A stretch of DNA of 32,000 nt from Mycobacterium leprae TN (GTDB taxonomy: Bacteria; Actinomycetota; Actinomycetes; Mycobacteriales; Mycobacteriaceae): the NCBI RefSeq assembly GCF_000195855.1, contig NC_002677.1, positions 960,001-992,000 on the forward strand, written 5' to 3'. Shown here piece by piece: positions 21,986-32,000 of the stretch. The first letter of the stretch is position 1. The number at the start of each line of letters is the position of its first letter. A program made the position numbers and the translations under genes. The notes below the pieces were generated by a model. It was not told the DNA's origin, did no database searches, and worked only from the letters and a program-made list of their open reading frames with translations.

Positions 21986-24289
21986 GGATGTTGTGCGGCC
22001 GGTATGTTGGGGGTCATCGGTGGTAACGCGTGGGGATGGATAGGGAATGCCCGTTGAAGGAGGGCCAGGTGGTGGAGAAATCGCTCGATTTGAGTTCGTC
22101 CTAGGACTGTTCTAAACACTTTGCTCAGCGGCCCAGCCGGTGTGTTGTGTAATGCTCAACTGACTGTACGGGTGGTTGTCTCTTACTAAGTTCAAATCTG
22201 CTAAGTCAACTTTCGTTCATCGTTTGTATGTTTCGCCGTCATAATCCTTTGTCGAACGGTGTGACATCTTGCTTGGCAGTGTCTTGAGATTTCTCTTACT
22301 CAGTTGGGGGCGGTGAGACCGCTGTAAAATGTCGTTAACAAAGCTGTGGAAAAATTTGGTAAAGGGAGGGATTTTGGCGCAAGATTGTCTTGCTATCCGG
22401 CGGTAGAAGTGGGTTATTGTCGGACGCTCCGGTCCGATTTATTGGATCGATGTTGTGATGGCTTTAGGATGTTTTACGATTGTTGACTGATATTAGCTCT
22501 GCCCGACTTTTTGCCGGAGGCGAGTTAGGGCCAATTATTTGTGGCGGCTATGGCCTAGGATGGGCTGGTATCGGGTTTGCAGTCGCCGGTGTAGTCATTT
22601 GCCTCGGTGATTGCGGGGTTGGGTAGGTGATCCCGGAATCGGTGTTGATGGCGAAGGCGGCGACATTGTACGTGGGGTGGTTGAACGCGGCGGGGACAGG
22701 CGGAGTTGGCGTTGGCTGCCACGATACCTCCGGTGACGGTGAATCGGACGACGTTGTCGTCTTTGTTAGCAACGAGCATCTTCAGTATTAACGTTCCTGG
22801 TGATTGCGGCCACGGAGTTTCATTATGTGGATATGTGAGCTCAAGATGTGGCCGCTAATGGTGGTGTAATTTACTGCGGCGACGTCGGTGGCATCGACAT
22901 TGACGTCGTTCTGCGTCGTCGCTGAAATTTGGTGAGGTTGATGGAGTTGGTGTCGCAGGCGGTTTCGGACGTGTCAACGGCGTGGACTGGGTTCACCACG
23001 CATCTAGTACACCGATTCCAGTTCCTGACGAAAACCATAGCCGCGCAATGCGAAGCAGTCGACGCGTTCCTGCGCAGCCTGGCGTAGCGGCGACTTCGCC
23101 CGATTGGTGTCGGTGCTGCATCCCGACGTAGTGCTGCGCGGTAATGTCGGTGCCGCCGATGTGGCAGGGGTCAATGTCGGCTCGGATAGGTGATGTGTCG
23201 GGATTGGGGGTGCGATGCCAAACGCTGAAGCGATGGCAGGGCGGCTCCTACTGGTGGTGGCTTGCTGATGGGTATGGGCGGCGGGAGGATGCCTGGGGAG
23301 ATGATGGGCTGCGGTGGCGCGAGTCCGCATGTGGTGCAGTTGTGTCTGATCACGGACAAAGTTGCAAACCGCAGGTAGCAACATGGCCAGTACCGATTCG
23401 GTCCTAGGGGTTCAGTGGAGTCTAACCGCAGTTGTCACTGGACGGGCAACGCACGGAAGATAGTGCACCCCCGCCTACGGCACTAGTTGAAAAACATCAC
23501 TTCGCCTGGTCATATCGAATTATTATCCCGTGCTAAATGATACGATCCTGGCCGTATGAGGTCTCATGTGCTGATGGCGCATCATTGGAAATAGCGACGG
23601 TGTGCTTTCGGGCCAAATATGGCTGTAGCACTACACTTGCTGAAGTCGTTACAACCGCTTCAGTAAGCGTGGATCAAGGCGAGTACGAACTGGGGCTTCG
23701 ACGTCTCTGCGCTCCTGCGGTAGTCCAAATCAATGGAATGTTTGTCGGGAGTGCTTGGCAAAAATTACCACCGCCACCAGAGCGAGGGTTTTGATGTTGC
23801 TGGCTGATCCGGTGATCGAAAAGGCTTATGGCACTGGGCCGTGTCCCGGTCATCTGACCGACATCGAACCATTCGTGTTGTTTGTGTAGGAGACCAGGTT
23901 GTTTGATCACTATTTTCGTGACGCTTTCTGGCATCAACGGGTTCAACACCCCGTAGCCGGAATTCCAACAAAAGTGATGGAACCCGATGACCAAATCGCT
24001 TGACCACAATGACACTATCATCCGGTTCCGTTTCGACACTATACCGAAGCTCCCTACTTAATGGTGAATGCGTCAATGACCCTGACCACGGGTGGATCGC
24101 CATCCGCTAAATCATGGAATAGCAGTGCCAACGACAAATTTGCTGCTGGCACAGTCTGAGACTATTCTTTTCACGTCAGTATACCGGTGATGATGGTGTT
24201 GGATACGATTCCGTAACTACCGCAGTGCGTGCACAATGTAATGTTCGGGTCGACTTGCGGCGGCTGGCTTCAGTTGTAAGCTGGTGAGC

Positions 24290-26326
<2,037 letters not shown>

Positions 26327-26449
26327 ATGGGCTAATTTAGCCTGGCTAAGATGCACAGGCATAAGGGGAGCGAGGAGGTGGCGGGGATTCCCGTCTTGCT
26401 GGGGCGGGGGACAGTCGGGTGCGATGGTTCTTCCTTGGTCCTCTCGTAG

Positions 26450-27763
<1,314 letters not shown>

Positions 27764-27789
27764 CAAATAGTCGGGTTAGGCCGTCCGAC

Positions 27790-28397
27790 ATGATCAAACT
27801 CAGCGCCGTTGCCCTCTGTTGTTCCTGCTTCCAGTTGTAGTCATGACTGTCTTTAGTCTGGATCAGTGTCAAAAACACCCAGCTGGGAACCATACCTGCG
27901 GTCAAGAGTGGCTCACTGTTGTCGTCAACGGCCAGCCAGCCTTCCGGTAGTGAATCGCTTGCAGTGCAACTGAAAACGCCGTACGGTTGATTTGTGGCCA
28001 TGACGACCTTCGATTTCACGGATTACGCCGCTATCATCGTCAAGACGATTGTTACTGGCATCCTGGCTCCGGGATTTCACGGGATGCACATCCACCCGAT
28101 CGGCAAGTGCTAAACCAATTAAGTTGCCCCAGCCGGCGACCTGCCCGGCAACATTCTTATCCGTCTGTGAGCATTACCAGTATCCTGTGTACACTGAGAA
28201 ACTCCCGAGCGGCTGCCTGACGTTGCTTGAGATATGTCCAGACGGCTCCGCTCTGCTGGTGCCGACAAGTGACGTGTTCACCAGGGAAGAGCTGCTGTTA
28301 GGTGACAAGACCGCAGTCATGATCCACGGCACCGAATACAGGGATAATGCCATGGATGGAGCGGATCGCATGCGGTGTCATTGTCCCGGCTTACTGA
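27790..28397 (+). pseudogene. Cu/Zn superoxide dismutase (SodC)-like, frameshifted, with possible lipoprotein signal
   Basis: TASQPSGSESLAVQLKTPYG...VAMTTFDFTDYAAIIVKTIVTGILAPGFHGMHIHPIGKC; VAPAGDLPGN; HYQYPVYTEKLPSGCLTLLEI..DGSALLVPTSDVFTREELLLGDKTAVMIH; ERIACGVIVPAY*. Interrupted by stops and frameshifts. Confidence 0.83.
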
Positions 28398-28457
28398 ACT
28401 AGCCCGGAGCGGTGTTGGCTATGCAGCAAGCTGAACACGGGGTTCTAGACTGAGCCT

Positions 28458-30386
28458 ATGGTCGGCCGTATCCCAGATCGCGATATTGCCGCTATCCGTG
28501 AACGGGTCTGCATTGAGGAAGTCGTCGGCGATTACGTCCAATTGCGGCGCGCCGGAGCCGATTCGCTTAAAGGCCTGTGTCCGTTCCACAACGAGAAATC
28601 ACCGTCGTTTCATGTACGCCCAAACCATGGCCATTTCCACTGCTTTGGCTGTAGTGAGGGCGGTGACGTGTATGCGTTTATCCAGAAGATCGAACACGTC
28701 AGCTTTGTTGAGGCGGTTGAAATGCTGGCTGACCGGATTGGCCACACGATTAACTATTTCGGCACGGCCACCAGCGTGCAGCGCGATCGCGGTAGTCGCA
28801 GCAGGCTCATTGCGGCCAATGCGGCCGCAGCAGCGTTCTATGCGGCAGCCTTGGAGTCAGACGAGGCGGCACCGGCTCGCCAGTACCTCATGGAGCGCAA
28901 TTTCGATGCTAATGCCGCACGTCATTTCGGCTGCGGATTCGCGCCGTCGGGCTGGGATTCATTGACAAAATATCTGATAAGCAAGGGTTTTGAATTCACA
29001 GAACTGGAGGCTGCGGGGCTGTCTCGGCAGGGACGCCGTGGTCCGATGGACCGCTTTCACCGTCGGCTACTGTGGCCGATCCTCACATTGGCTGGCGAAG
29101 TGATCGGGTTCGGCGCCCGGCGGTTGTTTGACGATGACCCGATGGAAGCCAAGTACGTCAACACACCCGAGACGCTGTTGTATAAGAAGTCGTCGGTGAT
29201 GTTTGGCATCGACTTGGCTAAACGGGATATCGTCAAGGGGCATCAGGCCGTTGTGGTCGAGGGCTACACCGACGTGATGGCTATGCATCTGGCAGGGGTT
29301 ACCACTGCTGTCGCGTCGTGCGGCACGGCGTTCGGCGATGAGCATCTGGCGATGCTGCGCAGGCTAATAATGGATGATAACTGGTATCGGGGTGAATTGA
29401 TCTTTGTCTTCGATGGCGATGCGGCTGGGCAGGCAGCGGCTCTGAAGGCATTCGACGGCGACCAGCAGGTTGCCGGAAAATCGTTCGTCGCCGTCGCTGC
29501 GGATGGCATGGATCCGTGCGACCTCCGGCTCAGCTCTGGAGACCAGGCATTACGCGACTTGGTTGCTTGCCGCAAACCAATGTTCGAATTCGCTATTCGA
29601 AGTTTGATTCCTGACGGAATGGTTCTTGACGATGACCCACAGGCGAAAGTGGATGCGCTGCGCCGATCCGTTCCGCTGGTTGCTCGGATTAGGGACTATG
29701 CGTTGCGCGACGAATACGCGCGACGCCTGGCGGGCTGGACGGGATGGTCGGACGAAGGGCAAGTGCTTGCTCGAGTGCGCGAAGAGGCTAACCGACGTAG
29801 CGTGCCGGAACGCACCAGAAGGCGCAGCGTGAGCGTTGAACAGTCACCATTCATGCAGCCGCCGGGTGCTCCGGCCGATCAACTCGCCGCCCGTCCTGAC
29901 CCGCGTGACCCAACACTGTGGCCGCAGCGTGAGGCTTTGAAATCGGTTTTGCAGTACCCAGTTCTGGCGGGCCCAGTATTCGACACACTTACTGTCGAGA
30001 GTTTCACTCATCCCGGCTACGGAGCCGTTCGCGCGGCCATTGACGCGGCGGGCGGGGCGTCGGCCGGCATCACCGGAGCACAATGGATCGACGTGGTGCG
30101 CCAGCAAACCACATCGGCGCTGATCGCCGGTCTGATCAATGAGCTAGGTGTGGAGTCGATCCAGGTCGACGACGAGAAGCTGCCGCGCTATATCGATGGG
30201 GTGCTGGCTCGCTTGCAGGAAGTGTGGATGGGCCGACAGATTGCCGAGGTGAAATCCAAGTTGCAGCGTATGTCGCCGATTGACCAGGGTGACGAATATC
30301 ATGAACTGTTCGGCGATCTGGTCGCCATGGAAGCTTATCGACGCAGCCTGTTGGAGCAAGCCAGCGGCGACGATATGACCGCCTGA
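28458..30386 (+). CDS. dnaG: DNA primase
   Basis: 642 aa; zinc-binding CPFHNEKSPSFHVRPNHGHFHCFGCSEGGDV, RRLFDDDPMEAKYVNTPETLLY, VVVEGYTDVMAMH (Toprim), FVFDGDAAGQAAA. Confidence 0.97.
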   Translation: MVGRIPDRDIAAIRERVCIEEVVGDYVQLRRAGADSLKGLCPFHNEKSPSFHVRPNHGHFHCFGCSEGGDVYAFIQKIEHVSFVEAVEMLADRIGHTINYFGTATSVQRDRGSRSRLIAANAAAAAFYAAALESDEAAPARQYLMERNFDANAARHFGCGFAPSGWDSLTKYLISKGFEFTELEAAGLSRQGRRGPMDRFHRRLLWPILTLAGEVIGFGARRLFDDDPMEAKYVNTPETLLYKKSSVMFGIDLAKRDIVKGHQAVVVEGYTDVMAMHLAGVTTAVASCGTAFGDEHLAMLRRLIMDDNWYRGELIFVFDGDAAGQAAALKAFDGDQQVAGKSFVAVAADGMDPCDLRLSSGDQALRDLVACRKPMFEFAIRSLIPDGMVLDDDPQAKVDALRRSVPLVARIRDYALRDEYARRLAGWTGWSDEGQVLARVREEANRRSVPERTRRRSVSVEQSPFMQPPGAPADQLAARPDPRDPTLWPQREALKSVLQYPVLAGPVFDTLTVESFTHPGYGAVRAAIDAAGGASAGITGAQWIDVVRQQTTSALIAGLINELGVESIQVDDEKLPRYIDGVLARLQEVWMGRQIAEVKSKLQRMSPIDQGDEYHELFGDLVAMEAYRRSLLEQASGDDMTA

Positions 30387-30400
30387 GGTAGTGTTGGCTT

Positions 30401-30655
30401 TCAGTTTCCGCCGTTCTCCCGCCACTCGGCAGAGCGTTCGATAACAGTGGTCTGGTTATCGATTTCAGCCAGGGTCACAAACCCCTCGTCAGGTGAGATC
30501 CGATTCGCGACCTTGCGGCGCCCCTCTGCGATCATTGACTTGGCCATGGGACTACCGGTAAGCGTGCGATATATACCTACGATCTGCTCGTAGCGGCGGC
30601 GGCCAGCTTTCGCACCCAGCACGTAACCCAGTCCAAGCACGATGACATACCGGAT
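30401..30655 (-). CDS. Small conserved membrane-associated protein (Rv2342-like)
   Basis: LIRYVIVLGLGYVLGAKAGRRRYEQIVGIYRTLTGSPMAKSMIAEGRRKVANRISPDEGF; TTG start inferred at 30655 (ORF track extends to 30703). Adjacent to dnaG as in other mycobacteria. Confidence 0.75.
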   Translation of the reverse strand: MRYVIVLGLGYVLGAKAGRRRYEQIVGIYRTLTGSPMAKSMIAEGRRKVANRISPDEGFVTLAEIDNQTTVIERSAEWRENGGN

Positions 30656-30843
30656 CAAAGCGGTTCCTCCCACGACGGTGCGGCTGGCTCCATCCTGCCT
30701 CACGTACCGGGATGTGTGCGCGCCGAAGCCGGGCGAGCTGGGGCGGCCGCCGGCTAGTTGCCTGGCCTCGTTCTTGGGTTCGGGTAGGTCAGTACGCTAG
30801 AGTCATCCCGCGATCTACGCCATCGTTCACGTGGGTCGAGTGG

Positions 30844-30916
30844 TCCCCTGTAGCTCAATTGGCAGAGCATTCGGCTGTTAACCGAACGGTTGGAGGTTCG
30901 AGTCCTCCCGGGGGAG
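30844..30916 (+). tRNA. tRNA-Asn (anticodon GTT)
   Basis: TCCCCTG...CGGGGGA acceptor pairing, TAGCTCAATTGGCAGAGCA D-arm, CGGCTGTTAACCG anticodon stem-loop with GTT, GGTTCGAGTCC T-arm. 3' CCA not encoded. Confidence 0.96.
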
Positions 30917-30957
30917 CTGTGGTTAGCAGCACACGTTGCATGCTGCCGGCGCGGGGT

Positions 30958-32000
30958 TTACCCGTAAACCGGTCGCCACGTGGCGTCGCGGATGGCTTGC
31001 GCGACATCGGTCTGGATCCTGGTCACTACACTGTCTTCGACGGCGGCTTCATAGACAGCTGCAGCGACGGCGCACAAGTTCCGAACATCCGGCAACAGCG
31101 CATTTACCAGATTCTGGGTGTGGCGTCTGCATTCCCTGGGTTAGCCGCTTGGCACCGGCCACGATGACGTCCATTCCGAGTCCGGTAAACACCGGCGTGT
31201 TGTTGGCCTGGCCAATAATGAGGTGGTGTGCTCGTCCTATTCAACGGGGAGGACCGGGCTGCCGGTAGTAACCAGCGTTCTGTCGTTCGAACAGGACAGA
31301 ATGTCTGTAGGCATGGCTTCACACATGTGAGGTCGGGTTGGGCAACGGAAAGATCATCGGGCGCTCGCAGGACACCGTCATCGTCTCGACAACTTTCCGG
31401 CTGAACGCACCGAACACCGCTGAGCAGGAGGGTGGGTGATGCTATCTTGATCGCGGCGACCAATCCGATCCGCTCTCCTCTCCTGTAGCCACACCGAGCT
31501 GTCGGTGGTCCTTCGCATCGGGTACCTGAAAATCGCATAGTTAGTCCATGTCGTTGAGTAGCAGATTCTGCTTGTCAATCGCCCTAGATCTACGACGTGG
31601 CTTGCTTGACGGTGGCGCCGTCGTCGATCCATTGCGTCGCGTATCTGATTCAGCAACATCGATCCCGGTCGTCCTGGTTCCGAAGACGACGGTCATCTGG
31701 TCGTGTATCCGGGATACCGGTGACACGGGATCGGTCGTGCATGGTGGACAACACCACGGCGTCGTGCCTGGCATGTCATACTTGAAACATGCAATAGTCG
31801 CTGCCATAGGTCTGCAGGATATTCCGCGTGTTTCCTGGCCTGAAGTCCTCTAAATGCAGGTTTACGTGCGGACAAAGCCAGTTTGCGATCTCGATGTAGC
31901 GCTTGATGAATTCGTCTTATTCGGTTCCACGCGTGGCGGTTGCCGAGATAGAACGGGGGTCTTGCGGCAGTTGCTTATTAATCAATTCCAGACATCAAGG
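30958..32000 (-). pseudogene. NAD(P)-dependent malic enzyme-like, frameshifted, 5' end beyond the window
   Basis: Minus-strand blocks in collinear order: WLCPHVNLHLEDFRPGNTRNIL; RIHDQMTVVFGTRTTGIDVAESDTRR; NQIRDAM; AFSRKVVETM; ERPMIFPLPNPTSHV; NDRTLVTTGSPVLPVE; IIGQANNTPVFTGLGMDVIVAGAKRLTQGM; NALLPDVRNLCAVAAAVYEAAVED...AIRDATWRPVYG*. Confidence 0.82.

Overview
This window is almost certainly Mycobacterium leprae chromosome. Two published RLEP diagnostic PCR primer sequences (recalled from memory) occur perfectly and face each other at 17423-17551, exactly 129 bp apart. Coding density is low, and decayed genes sit between a few intact essential ones. Apparently intact genes: RhlE-like DEAD-box helicase (117-1685 -), an Rv3209-like protein, DUF3107 protein, TetR regulator, DUF3152 metzincin-like protein, MoeZ, TIGR02569-type protein, Zur/FurB, SmtB, GlyS, Dgt, DnaG, an Rv2342-like protein and tRNA-Asn(GTT). 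Pseudogenes recognised by reading across frames: Rv3210c-like ferritin-like protein, lipV-like hydrolase, AdnA and AdnB helicase-nuclease subunits, an Rv3200c-like RCK potassium channel, an IS3-family transposase remnant, an Rv2345-like TPM-domain protein carrying a (TA)18 microsatellite, a Cu/Zn superoxide dismutase-like gene between dgt and dnaG, and a malic enzyme gene running off the right edge. I found no convincing new defence, CRISPR or biosynthetic system. The best signals are the RLEP element at an apparent synteny breakpoint, the extra sodC-like pseudogene, the malic enzyme pseudogene, the in-gene TA tract, and possible type VII secretion substrate relics around 22.9-23.4 kb. Family and orthologue assignments come from recalled protein sequences, not database searches.
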